Positions 1-10,100 of a DNA stretch of 64,000 nt are shown here, piece by piece (position 1 is the stretch's first letter; every line of letters begins with the position of its first letter). Under the pieces are notes generated by a model. That model made no database searches. It saw only the letters and a program-made list of their open reading frames with translations, and was not told the origin of the DNA. Both the position numbers and the translations under genes were made by a program. Location: positions 640,001 through 704,000 of the forward strand of contig CAVUCU010000001.1 of NCBI GenBank assembly GCA_963740085.1, written 5' to 3'. This DNA is from Nitrospirota bacterium. GTDB lineage: Bacteria > Nitrospirota > UBA9217.

Positions 1-1506
1 CTGTTCATGAGCATCATCATTGGCCTGTTTCTGATCTCCATGACCTTCCCGCTCATGCAGTGGGTGAAGTTCCGCATGCTGCCGAAGGCGAACAAGAACA
101 CGTTCCTGATCTCGATCGACATGCCTGCGGGCACGGCGCTCGAGAACACGGACCGCGCGGCCAGGGCCATAGGCGACTATCTCCGCCGCATTCCCGAGGT
201 AAAGGACTACGAGACCTTCGTAGGCACGGGCTCGGTGATGGACTTCAACGGTCTGCTCAGAGGCAGCGCGTTCCGCGAGGCGAGCCACTTTGCCGATGTG
301 CGGGTGAACCTGATCGATAAAGAGGAGCGTTCGATGTCGAGCGAGAAGCTGGTGCTCAAGATCCGGCCCGATATCACCGAGATCGCCCGGGAAAATAATG
401 CGAACATCAAACTCGTGGAGGATCCCCCGGGTCCGCCGGTGCGTGCGACCGTCGTGGCCGAGATCTACGGCCCTGACTATGCCATTCAGCGCGAGATCGC
501 TGCAAACATCAAAGCGCTCTTTGCCAGGACGGACCAGGTCGTGGATATCGACGACAGCGTTAAAGAGAAACAGGAGAAGTACCAGCTCATCGTTGATAAA
601 GAAAAGGCGGCGCTCGCGGGCGTTTCGAGCGAGCAGATCGTCAAGACCCTGCGCATGTCCGTGGCGGGCATGGCGGTCTCGACCCTTCACAAGCCCGACG
701 CGAAGAACCCGATCGCCATATTCCTGCGGCTTCCGCGGGGAGAGCGGTCAGGAATGTCGGACATGGACAAGGTGTATGTTACGAGTCAGCAGGGCAGCCA
801 GGTGGCGCTCTCGTCGCTCGTGAAGGTGGTCCCGGCGGAAATGGACAAGGCGATCTATCACAAGAACCTAGAACCCGTGACCTATGTTTACGGAGAAATG
901 GGGGCCCGGAGCCAGGTCTATGCAGTGATCGATATGATGAAGCAGCTCCGCAGGAATCCGCTCCCCGAGGGGTATAAAATAAAATGGGACGGAGAGATGA
1001 AGCTGACCCTTGATGTGTTCCGCGATCTGGGAGCGGCAATGGGCGTCGCGCTCATCGCCATCTATCTCCTGCTCGTGGGCAGGTTCCGGTCCTTCACCAT
1101 ACCGGTGATCATCATGGCGGCGATCCCGCTCTCGATGATCGGCATCATGCCCGGCTTTGCCATGACCGGCGTGTATTTCAGCGCCACCTCCATGATCGGC
1201 GTGATCGCCCTGGCGGGCATCGTGGTCCGGAACTCCATCGTGCTCCTGGAGTTCATTCTCGACAAGAAGCATGAAGGACTGCCGATCGCCCAGGCGCTGA
1301 TCGAGGCCGGCGCCATCCGCACCCGGCCGATCGTGCTTACCGCTGCGGCGGCCATCCTCGGCTCGGCCGTGATCGTGACCGACCCGGTGTGGTCAGGCCT
1401 GGCCCTGGCGCTCATCTTCGGCATGCTGGCATCAACAGCGCTCACGCTGGTGGTGATCCCGGTGTTCTATTATATGATCGAGAAGAAGAATTGGGAAAAC
1501 GCATAA
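1..1506 (+). CDS. AcrB/AcrD/AcrF-family RND efflux permease, C-terminal part (5' end outside window)
   Basis: Frame is open from base 1; RND motifs GVIALAGIVVRNSIVLLEFI and RTRPIVLTA; multiple C-terminal TM helices. Confidence 0.92.
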   Translation: MFMSIIIGLFLISMTFPLMQWVKFRMLPKANKNTFLISIDMPAGTALENTDRAARAIGDYLRRIPEVKDYETFVGTGSVMDFNGLLRGSAFREASHFADVRVNLIDKEERSMSSEKLVLKIRPDITEIARENNANIKLVEDPPGPPVRATVVAEIYGPDYAIQREIAANIKALFARTDQVVDIDDSVKEKQEKYQLIVDKEKAALAGVSSEQIVKTLRMSVAGMAVSTLHKPDAKNPIAIFLRLPRGERSGMSDMDKVYVTSQQGSQVALSSLVKVVPAEMDKAIYHKNLEPVTYVYGEMGARSQVYAVIDMMKQLRRNPLPEGYKIKWDGEMKLTLDVFRDLGAAMGVALIAIYLLLVGRFRSFTIPVIIMAAIPLSMIGIMPGFAMTGVYFSATSMIGVIALAGIVVRNSIVLLEFILDKKHEGLPIAQALIEAGAIRTRPIVLTAAAAILGSAVIVTDPVWSGLALALIFGMLASTALTLVVIPVFYYMIEKKNWENA

Positions 1507-1574
1507 GGAAGCGGCAGATGTTCTCGACTGCCTGCTGTCGTATCTTCTTGCGTCTGTAAAACGGAGGGTTTATT

Positions 1575-2315
1575 ATGTCAGATACATGCGTCACCGTTGA
1601 ATGCAAGGACTGGATCAGCACCGTGACGATCGATAATCCGCCTGACAACTACCTGGACAAGGACGTCCTGTCAGGACTGAATAAGACCGTCAGCGAGATG
1701 ATCGCATCCCGGTCCGAACTCCGTGTGGTACTGCTCACGGCAAAAGGGGAAAACTTCTCAGCCGGGATCGACTACGCCAGGTTCGTGAAAATGACGAAGG
1801 AGGAGGCCGGCCACTTTGCAGAGGTGGGATACAATCTCCTGAAGCACATTGAGAACCTTCCGGTCCCGGTGATCGCCGCGGTCAAGGGCGAGACCACGGG
1901 CGCGGGACTCGGTCTGGCGCTCGCAGCCGATATTCGGATAGCGTCATCGGACGCGGTATTCTCGTTCCCCGAGGCGCAATTCGGCGTGCCGCCGATCTTC
2001 GGTTCGTCCCAGAGATTATACAAGACCGTGGGCGTCGGCAGGGCCAAGGAACTGCTCTTCACCGGCAGGACCGTGGCCGCAGAAGAGGCGCTCGCGATCG
2101 GGCTGGTGAACAAGGTGGTGCCCCGTGATGCGCTCGACGAGGAAGCGACCCGGCTTGCGGTAAGGATCGGCGGAAACAGCCTGAGTTCCTTGCGATCGAT
2201 CAAGATGCTCGTGAACTTCGGGTTGAACGAAGGCTATGATGTCGGCCTGCTGCAGGAGGTCACGGCCTTCAGCGAGGCGTTCAATCGGGACACAAAACAG
2301 TGGGAGCGGTTATAA
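1575..2315 (+). CDS. Enoyl-CoA hydratase/isomerase (crotonase) family protein
   Basis: FSAGID, PVIAAVKG, ADIRIAS, FPEAQFG, AKELLFTG motifs; GGAGG RBS. Confidence 0.9.
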   Translation: MSDTCVTVECKDWISTVTIDNPPDNYLDKDVLSGLNKTVSEMIASRSELRVVLLTAKGENFSAGIDYARFVKMTKEEAGHFAEVGYNLLKHIENLPVPVIAAVKGETTGAGLGLALAADIRIASSDAVFSFPEAQFGVPPIFGSSQRLYKTVGVGRAKELLFTGRTVAAEEALAIGLVNKVVPRDALDEEATRLAVRIGGNSLSSLRSIKMLVNFGLNEGYDVGLLQEVTAFSEAFNRDTKQWERL

Positions 2316-2386
2316 TTAAAAAGGATTCATGGCAGTTCCCTGGCGGATAAACCGCAGCGGGAAAATATGAGTGGGAGGTAATAAAT

Positions 2387-2815
2387 ATGGGAATCAGTGC
2401 GTGGCATATCATGCGCGAGAAGATCAGGGTGGAGCGCGACACCACAGCGCGGGAAGTGGCGATGAAGATCATCTCATCGGGACTTGCAGCGATGCCGGTC
2501 GTCGGCGACGCTCAGGAAGTATTGGGTGTCGTCTCGGAGAACGCAATTCTGGACGCGATACGGGAAGGCCTGGACCTTGAGGGCATCCCGGCGTATAAGC
2601 TCATGGTGCCGGCGCCGATCATCGTCGATTCCGTCACCCCGACCGACGAGCTTATTAATCTCCTTCTCAAGAGCTGCTGCTCCATCATTGTGGTGGTGAA
2701 GGACAAAAAGTACGTCGGTGTGGTGAGCAGGCACATGCTTATGGATATCTTTACCTCGCCGCACTATACGCGTTTTGCCTCGAAGGACCGGAAGACGCCG
2801 TTCGCATGCTCGTAA
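2387..2815 (+). CDS. CBS domain pair protein
   Basis: Two CBS repeats (MPVVG..VLGVVSE; VVVKDKKYVGVVSR); GGAGG RBS. Confidence 0.85.
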   Translation: MGISAWHIMREKIRVERDTTAREVAMKIISSGLAAMPVVGDAQEVLGVVSENAILDAIREGLDLEGIPAYKLMVPAPIIVDSVTPTDELINLLLKSCCSIIVVVKDKKYVGVVSRHMLMDIFTSPHYTRFASKDRKTPFACS

Positions 2816-2873
2816 GACAACGAGGGCCACGGGCCGGACGGGCTTCGTGGGCGCCATGCCCGCTATTTTCGCC

Positions 2874-2902
2874 TTGACAGGTTTCGGCCCTATGAGTATT
2901 AT
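2874..2902 (+). promoter_or_regulatory. Sigma-70 promoter upstream of the FmdB gene
   Basis: TTGACA-17 nt-TATTAT. Confidence 0.65.
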
Positions 2903-2978
2903 GTTGCATTGTGCAGGTGCGCGCGAGCGTTGCACTTGATCGTGATATCTGAACATATTGTTGAAAGGAGTACACACC

Positions 2979-3176
2979 ATGCCGTTTTATGAATACCTAT
3001 GTGAAGGTTGCAAAAAAGAGTTCGTCCTTTTGCAATCCATGACCGTAAAAGCTGAAGATACGGTCTGTCCCTACTGTAGTGCGAAAAAAGCCAGGAAGCT
3101 CGTCTCCACGTTTTCGTCAGCAGGCGGAAATAACGCGGTCTGCAGCACCGGGGGACATTCCTGGGGCGGCGGCTGA
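2979..3176 (+). CDS. FmdB-family zinc-ribbon protein; terminal UGA may be selenocysteine
   Basis: MPFYEYLCEGC...CPYC..KLVSTF signature; AGGAG RBS before ATG 2979. Confidence 0.88.
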   Translation: MPFYEYLCEGCKKEFVLLQSMTVKAEDTVCPYCSAKKARKLVSTFSSAGGNNAVCSTGGHSWGGG

Positions 3177-3220
3177 GGTTCCTGATCGATCCGCCGTGCG
3201 TGGATCAGAACACCTTGCAG

Positions 3221-3252
3221 GCCTGAGAGTCACTTGACTCTCAGGCTTTTTT
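3221..3252 (+). terminator. Rho-independent terminator
   Basis: GCCTGAGAGTC-ACTT-GACTCTCAGGC perfect 11-bp stem followed by TTTTTT. Confidence 0.8.
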
Positions 3253-3265
3253 ATGTAAAACTGGC

Positions 3266-4211
3266 TTGCTACTTATGAATCGCCCCTTTATGGCTACCGT
3301 CTCCCTCAAAACGTTCCTCCACCCGCGGTACTGGTATGCATGGCCGGTCCTGGCGCTCATGCTCGTCATGAGCTGGATGCCTTCGCGCGTGCTCTGGGTC
3401 CTGGGCAACGGCCTCGGATCGATCGCATCCTGGTTCCCCACCCCCAATCGGCGCTTTGCCGGGCGCAATATCGAGCTCTGCTTTCCCGAAAAGAGCCCAA
3501 CTGAACACCGGCAACTCATGAAACGCCATTTCCAGTTGAGCGGCGTTGCTGTTCTCAGCCTCAGTGTTGCCTGGTTTGCGCCGCGATGGAGAGTCGAACG
3601 ATTTATCATACTGCGGGATCAGCATATACTGGACGAGGCCCTGGCAGGCGGGAAAAAAGTCATTCTGTTCGCGCCGCATTTCCTCAGCCTGGACATGGGA
3701 GGTGCCCGTCTGGCTGCGATCAGGGACAGAAAGTTCGTCAGCATGTACCGTAGGATCCAGGGACCCGTTGCTGGAGTATCTCTTTTCGCGGCGCAGCAGG
3801 TTCGGCTCCCTTCTCGTGGAACGCATGGCAAGCCTGAAGTCGATCATCCGCGCTATCCGGGATGGCCGGATTTTTTACTACCTGCCGGACCAGGACATGG
3901 GGCAGCGTGCAAGCGTCTTTGTCCCCTTCTTCGGCATTCCCACGGCAACCGTGACCATCCTGAGCCGGCTTGCGGCAACCACGAATGCTGCCGTCATTCC
4001 CTGTATCACCCGTATCATTCCCGGTGAACACCGGTACGAGACGCGCCTGTACCCGCCCCTCGAGAACTTTCCAACGGACGATCCCGTTGCTGATGCACGG
4101 CGCATGAACCGCGAGATCGAACAGTGGGTCCGCGAGATGCCGGACCAGTACATGTGGTCCTACCGCCGCTTCAAGACCCGTCCGAACAATGAATCCTCTC
4201 TCTATGAATAA
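3266..4211 (+). CDS. lpxL: Lipid A lauroyl/palmitoleoyl acyltransferase (LpxL/HtrB family), split by a +1 frameshift near 3753
   Basis: N-half (NIELCFPE, PHFLSLD) in ORF 3266; C-half (YLPDQD, VPFFG, PDQYMWSYRRFKTRP) in ORF 3546..4211; halves join at MYR/SRDPLLE. Confidence 0.82.
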
Positions 4212-4917
4212 ATGGCATTTGATTGACTCGGGACCAAATCTCGGTGTGTATAACATGGCCGTTGATGAAGAGCTGCTCGCGCGGGCACAGGCAGGAGCAA
4301 AAGTCCCGGTGCTCCGCTTCTACACCTGGGACCCCGCCGCGGTCTCGATCGGCAGGTTTCAAAAGATCGAGGAAGCGGTGAATGCCGGCGCATGTAAACG
4401 GCTCAACATGGACATCGTGCGGCGCGTCACCGGCGGCAGGGCCGTTCTCCATTCTCGGGAACTCACCTACAGCATCATTGCCCGCACTGACGATCCCCTC
4501 TTTCCCACGAATGTTCTCGGTACGTACAAACTCATCGCAGCCGGACTTCTCCAGGGGCTCAAGAACCTCGGCATTCCCGCAGAAATGGTCTCGCGTTCCC
4601 ACCGGAATGCAGCTCTCGTAAAAAAGGGCACAAAAGACCCCGCGTGCTTCTCCTCCCCTTCCTGGTATGAGATCGTCGTGCGCGGCAGGAAGATCATCGG
4701 CAGCGCACAGCGCCGAATGTCCAACGCCTTTCTTCAGCATGGCTCGATCCTCATGGACTACGATGCCGCGCTCGAAGCCGAGGTCATCCCCGGCGGCAGC
4801 GGTGACGTGGTCACTTCTATCAGGCGGGAACTCGGCGGGAATGTCTCTCTTGAAGAGGTGAAGCAGGCTTTCGTGAAAGGCTTTGCAGAAGCGCTGGTGA
4901 TAGATTTCAGAACCTGA
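4204..4917 (+). CDS. Lipoate-protein ligase A / LipM-type octanoyltransferase family
   Basis: NMAVDE, LRFYTW, VRRVTGGRAVLH, KIIGSAQ, LQHGSI motifs; start overlaps the upstream stop. Confidence 0.9.
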   Translation: MNKWHLIDSGPNLGVYNMAVDEELLARAQAGAKVPVLRFYTWDPAAVSIGRFQKIEEAVNAGACKRLNMDIVRRVTGGRAVLHSRELTYSIIARTDDPLFPTNVLGTYKLIAAGLLQGLKNLGIPAEMVSRSHRNAALVKKGTKDPACFSSPSWYEIVVRGRKIIGSAQRRMSNAFLQHGSILMDYDAALEAEVIPGGSGDVVTSIRRELGGNVSLEEVKQAFVKGFAEALVIDFRT

Positions 4918-5080
4918 TACCTGCTACAGAATATGACTGGTAGTGCTCGTTGTCGTTCACTGTTTTGGTCAGCTGTCCTTCCCTATGATCGGCAGGTGTA
5001 ACCTTGTAAGTTTGTTTCGGCTTCCGTCCGAATATGTCGTTTCATTCTGACAGGAAGGGATGTCCTGCCAAAAGACCAAT

Positions 5081-6466
5081 TCATTTGCCCACTCGCTTCA
5101 AAACCTCTCTTGCCGCAACCGCGCCTGATATCGACGCCTGGATCAACCCGCGCGTCACACCCGCACCATCTCCGACAGCGAAGAGGTTCTTCACTTCCGT
5201 CTCAAGACAAGGTGTAAGCTTCAACTTCATGGAATAGAACTTCACCTCAACTCCATAGAGGAGCGTATCGCCGGAGTTCACGCCCGGCGCGATATTGTCA
5301 AGCGCCTCGAGCATCTCCGTGATGTTATGCAGATGGCGATACGGCAGGACAAAGCTCAGGTCTCCGGGCGTAGCGTCGTCGAGCGTCGGCCGTACCGAAC
5401 CTTCCGCGATGCGTTCGGGGGTCGAACGCCTTCCCATTTTGAGATCGCCGAGCCGCTGCACGATCACCCCGCTGCCCAGCAGATTCGCGAGTCCTGCGAT
5501 ATATCTGCCGTACGCGATCGGTTCATCAAAAGGCCTCGTGAAATCAGTGCTGACGAGCAGTGCGAAGTTCGTGTTGTCCGTGGTACGGTTCCGGTAGCTG
5601 TGGCCGTTCACACTGTAGATGCCTTCGCTGTATTCCTTCACCACCTCGCCGTAGGGATTCATGCAGAACGTCCGCACCCGGTCGCGAAATCTTCTTGAAT
5701 AATAGATGAACTTTCCTTCATACGCCACATCGGTTATGTCTTTCATGATGGGGGCGGGAAGTTCGACCCGCACTCCGATGTCCACCGGGTTTTTTTGGAC
5801 CGATAACCCGAGACGTTTCGCCTCTCCTGAGAGCCAGGACGACCCTTCCCTTCCCGCTGCGGCGATCACGTAGCGCGCATGAAACGTATTCCCGTCCCCG
5901 GTCACGACCCCTGATACTTCTCCATTCGCGACCGTGATCTGTTCGACCGCCACGTCAAACAGCATGTCCACCTTGTTGGTGAGATTTTCCCTGATCTTTT
6001 TGAGGACTTCCTTGCAGAGGTCTGTACCGATATGCCTGATGCGCGCGGGGATAAGTTCGAGGTTGTATCCTGCGGCTTTTTTCTTGAGACGGGACAGGGC
6101 GGCATGGTCCTCGCCATGCACCGCCCCTCCGGCGCCGAAGGACAGATAGATAGAGTCTACGTAGTCGATGAATAAAGAAAGGTCTTCAGCAGACAGGTAG
6201 TCCTTCAGCCATCCGCCAAATTCCGGGGTGAGCGTGAGCTTGCCGTCGCTGTATGCGCCTGCGCCGCCCCAGCCGCACAGAATGCTGCAGAGGCCGCACT
6301 GCACGCAGTGACTGTCGGATCCTACCATGGGGCAGGCGCGCCGGTCTATATCGCTGCCCTTCTCGATCATGAGCACTTTGAGGTCGGATTTTTTGACGAG
6401 TTCGAGCGCCGCGAAGATGCCCGCTGGCCCGGTTCCGATTATGATGACATCATAGGAGGTAACCAC
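5081..6466 (-). CDS. NAD(P)/FAD-dependent oxidoreductase (uncharacterised FAD dehydrogenase family)
   Basis: GTGPAG Rossmann motif, GGAGAYSDGKL, GVRVE, GDGAGVTRG; N-terminal Cys cluster. Confidence 0.88.
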   Translation of the reverse strand: MVTSYDVIIIGTGPAGIFAALELVKKSDLKVLMIEKGSDIDRRACPMVGSDSHCVQCGLCSILCGWGGAGAYSDGKLTLTPEFGGWLKDYLSAEDLSLFIDYVDSIYLSFGAGGAVHGEDHAALSRLKKKAAGYNLELIPARIRHIGTDLCKEVLKKIRENLTNKVDMLFDVAVEQITVANGEVSGVVTGDGNTFHARYVIAAAGREGSSWLSGEAKRLGLSVQKNPVDIGVRVELPAPIMKDITDVAYEGKFIYYSRRFRDRVRTFCMNPYGEVVKEYSEGIYSVNGHSYRNRTTDNTNFALLVSTDFTRPFDEPIAYGRYIAGLANLLGSGVIVQRLGDLKMGRRSTPERIAEGSVRPTLDDATPGDLSFVLPYRHLHNITEMLEALDNIAPGVNSGDTLLYGVEVKFYSMKLKLTPCLETEVKNLFAVGDGAGVTRGLIQASISGAVAAREVLKRVGK

Positions 6467-6527
6467 CGCTGATCACCAGGAAGGAAGGCTTCAACCTTCT
6501 CCTGCCTTCCCTCTTCCCGCATCCCTC

Positions 6528-7058
6528 TTACTGTATCGTCGCTGTTAATCCGGCAGTGAGGCCGGAGATGGTCAAGCCGTTCGAATCAAAGGTCTTGAGA
6601 TCCGTGACCGTGAAGTCCGTTGCCGCGGGAAAATGGCCTGCGGCAATGTCGCAATTCACGACCGCGAATTCCCCAACCGAAAAACCGTCTGATTTAGCCA
6701 TATACAGCTCAACTTTAGACGTCGATGCCGTCGTGGACGACGCCAGGTAAGTCGCGATAACAAGATCAGCGCCTGCTGCCTGGCCTGTCGCTGATACGAC
6801 GCCGCTGTCGGTGACCATCACCTGCGGGTTTGCGCTCGATGGAATTGCTTTAACGGTTACGCCTGTTGGCAGGTTCAACGTGGCCTGTGTCGTGTATACC
6901 AGCGCCCCGGAGGGGAGCGAACCCGTCATTGACAGCGCAATTACCGCTTTCGTCGGTTGTACGGGGGCGCTGCCACCTCCGCCTCCGCCGCCGCAGGCAA
7001 CGAGCGAAACAAGAATGAAGCAGGTTATCAGCAAGCCTGATCGTGTGGTCAATTTCAT
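6528..7058 (-). CDS. Lipoprotein with poly-Gly linker and beta-rich, possibly cohesin-like domain
   Basis: Signal peptide with lipobox LVAC followed by GGGGGGGS; GGAGGA RBS. Confidence 0.75.
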   Translation of the reverse strand: MKLTTRSGLLITCFILVSLVACGGGGGGGSAPVQPTKAVIALSMTGSLPSGALVYTTQATLNLPTGVTVKAIPSSANPQVMVTDSGVVSATGQAAGADLVIATYLASSTTASTSKVELYMAKSDGFSVGEFAVVNCDIAAGHFPAATDFTVTDLKTFDSNGLTISGLTAGLTATIQ

Positions 7059-7132
7059 GAACAATCCTCCTCAGCTGTTGTGTGATCAGGGGGCCGGCGA
7101 AGTGCATTGCCGGCGCCCGTCGTTGTTAAATA

Positions 7133-10100
7133 TTACCAGGTCACCAGGCCGACTGCCTTCCTGAGAAGGACAATCACATCTCCCATATCGATCGTCCCAT
7201 CGGGATGAGGTATTCCTCCAATGAGCGGCGCAACGTCTCCGTTCATCATGTCTGTCGCAGTCGGGGAAACGACACCAGCCGCTATTAAAAGCGCCCTGAG
7301 GGCATCGCCCACCGTGCCGTTATACCCGAGATTGCCGCTCGGAAGAGCGATAAGGTTGATCGTGGCAGTGATCGGCGAGTAGAGCGTGCCGCCGGGCGCA
7401 GGCGTCAAAGGCAGCGAGCAATCGCGGAATTTGACATACACGGTCCTTGGCCCGTCAGGACCCGGTGCAAGGTTCCAGATCTTGCTTGTAGCATACGGCT
7501 CTTCGGCGGAGTAGGTTATCCCGTCATTCGAGAACTGCATTGACTGCACCCCCGTTGGAAAGTTCGGGCATACGGCGGGGTCCACGGCAGAGAGCGTCAG
7601 GTTGGCGGTCGTTGTATTGATCGAGATCGCGCCGTTGTTTATCAGCATGCTTGCCACCATGTCCGGTGAATGGATGGTCCAGGTCCCGGAAACGAACGCG
7701 CCCGCAGTGCCGTTCACATCAACCGGATAGTAGTTGATGGTTTTTGTAGCGGTCACTGTTATCCCGCTGCTCAGGTACTGGGAAGACGAGGTTGTGGGCT
7801 GGGACCCGTCAGTGGTGTAATAGATAGTTGCCGGCGTACTCGTCGAGATGTACATGATCACCGTCACGGTCGGCCCGGTATAAATGCCGGGAAGCGTGTA
7901 CGGGTCAACGGCGACGATCGGGGCGGACGGTGAGACGACCGTGTAGGTCATGGAGCTCGATACACCCGGGTCACTGGGACTGGCCTTCGCAGCGACGTCT
8001 ATCACATAGGTACCTATTGGAGTGGCTGCGGACATTGCCCATGACGAGAAGGTGCTATACGCTTGCTGCACAACGCCGTCTTTCGAGAACTGATACTTAT
8101 AGACCATAGAAGACGTACCGCCGCTGGCCACGGCAGTAAACAATACGTTCGTACCTATAGGATGCGGTGACGGCTTGTTCGCGGTCAAAGTCACCGCAGA
8201 AGCATCACCGAACGTGTTCGTGGTTATGTTAAGGGCCTGGATAAATGCAGAATCACCTCGCGACTGGACATTGGTACCGGCGTTGGAAGTGTTCGGGACA
8301 ATATAATTGAACGCCCTTACTTGATAATCGTAAGGGATCCCGCTGTCAACCAGGGAATCAACGTAGGTTGGGGTAAACGTGGGCAAGGACTGCATATATG
8401 CCAGTGTTGTCCATGTTCCCGCGCCTTGCGGTGAACGCTGGACCTCGAATGTGGCCAGATTGTTCGCATTGTCTGCCCAGGAGAGTACGTTTTCATTCGT
8501 GCCGTAACCTGTGCCCGGTCCGCCGTTTTGAACAGCCAGGCCGCCTGGTGCCGCAGGGGGGGCCGTCGGCACCCTGAAGATCATGGGACGCATGAAATCG
8601 TTCTCTTCATGCCCCAGGATGTGGCAATGCCACACATACTCGAAACCGAAATCCGTGGGGTCGTTGGGAACGGTGATCGCCATCGGCGGCGTCGTCGTGA
8701 GATCCGTTGTCGGGACCTGATAAGTGGCCGCCTGGGATGGTTCAAGCGCACGCGTGCTGGTCGGCAGGGCGAATGGGAGGCCATACTGGTCAAGCGGCTT
8801 TATCGCCACGATAACGTCCTCCAGGGGGTTCATCCTGATCGTTTCCTTCCAACCATACTCATTGTCGTCCGGCGGCCTGATTGCGCCGTCCCATCCCACC
8901 CGGTTCAAAAGCTGTACGTTGAAGAGATGGAAGTGGACGGGATGGGTATCCACGCCGTTATGCGTTATCTTCCAGATCTGGGGCTGGTTTTCCGCGAAGA
9001 TCTCCGTGGCCGGCTCCGCATATCCCATGGGGATCGTGGTCTGGTTCAGGTTTGTGGTGAACGGCAGTTCGACACCGAGCGTGGCGTTCATACGGCCGTA
9101 TGGGTCCCAGAGTTCCTGAATGGCCTTTGACCGGAACGGCATGATCACGGGTATGGTGGTATTGATGGGTGTAAAGGTCATTCTGTAGTCGGAAATTTTG
9201 CCGAAATGGTCTTCGAATGTTTGCGCATATGCCGCGTTGAACTGCGATTCCGGCACAACGGGCGTTGGCTGGGAAGCGGCGAATATCGCCGGCAAAGCGG
9301 CGTTCAATTGGGTGGCATCGAAGGCCGCGGTCGGTGTTCCCTGGACCTGAAACTGCATGATGGTCCGCGTGTTCGGACCGTATCCCACCAGGGTCGAGGG
9401 TGCACCACCCTGAAACGTATTGTCCGGATCGCCCGTATAGTAGTCATAGCGCACATCGTAGGCCGGGTTTGGCGCAGGCGCGTCATTGTACAGGATCAGC
9501 TTGGACCCGGAAGGCACGGACGAAAAGTCAATGATAACATCCGCCCTCTCTGCCGGCCCCAGCATCAGCGCCCGGTATAAAGTATTTAATACGACGATGT
9601 TTCTGCGGTTGTAGTCGTAACCGATCGGGCGGTTCGGGATCACCGCCGGGTTCGGCAAGAGTCCGCCCTCCGAACCGATCTGTATCATGTTCGGACCTAC
9701 GGTGGCCGGATCAGGCACGCCGCCGTCCCTGCCGTCTATCGGCCAGTCGGCGGGATAACTCGGGTTAGCTGCTGCCGGCACCATTTTTACTTCCTTGCCC
9801 GTTGGGTCGCCGGGGTTAGCATAATACAGTTGCAGATTGATCACCCGGTCGTTGCAGGCGTTCAGTATCTGGAACCGGTATTTCGTGGGCTGCACTACCA
9901 TATACGGATATGCCGTGCCGTTCACAACAGGCGTGTCCATGAACGCCTCCGGGGTTGTCGAAGGCTCCGGCAATACAGCGTAAGCAGGGTCCACAATGAC
10001 CGGGGGCCAGAACCAGGGACCGTAGTCCCATCTGCCAAAGGGGTTTGCGCCGTCCGGCGAATTTGGGTCCTGGTTGGCTTCGTACACATGCGGGAACCAA

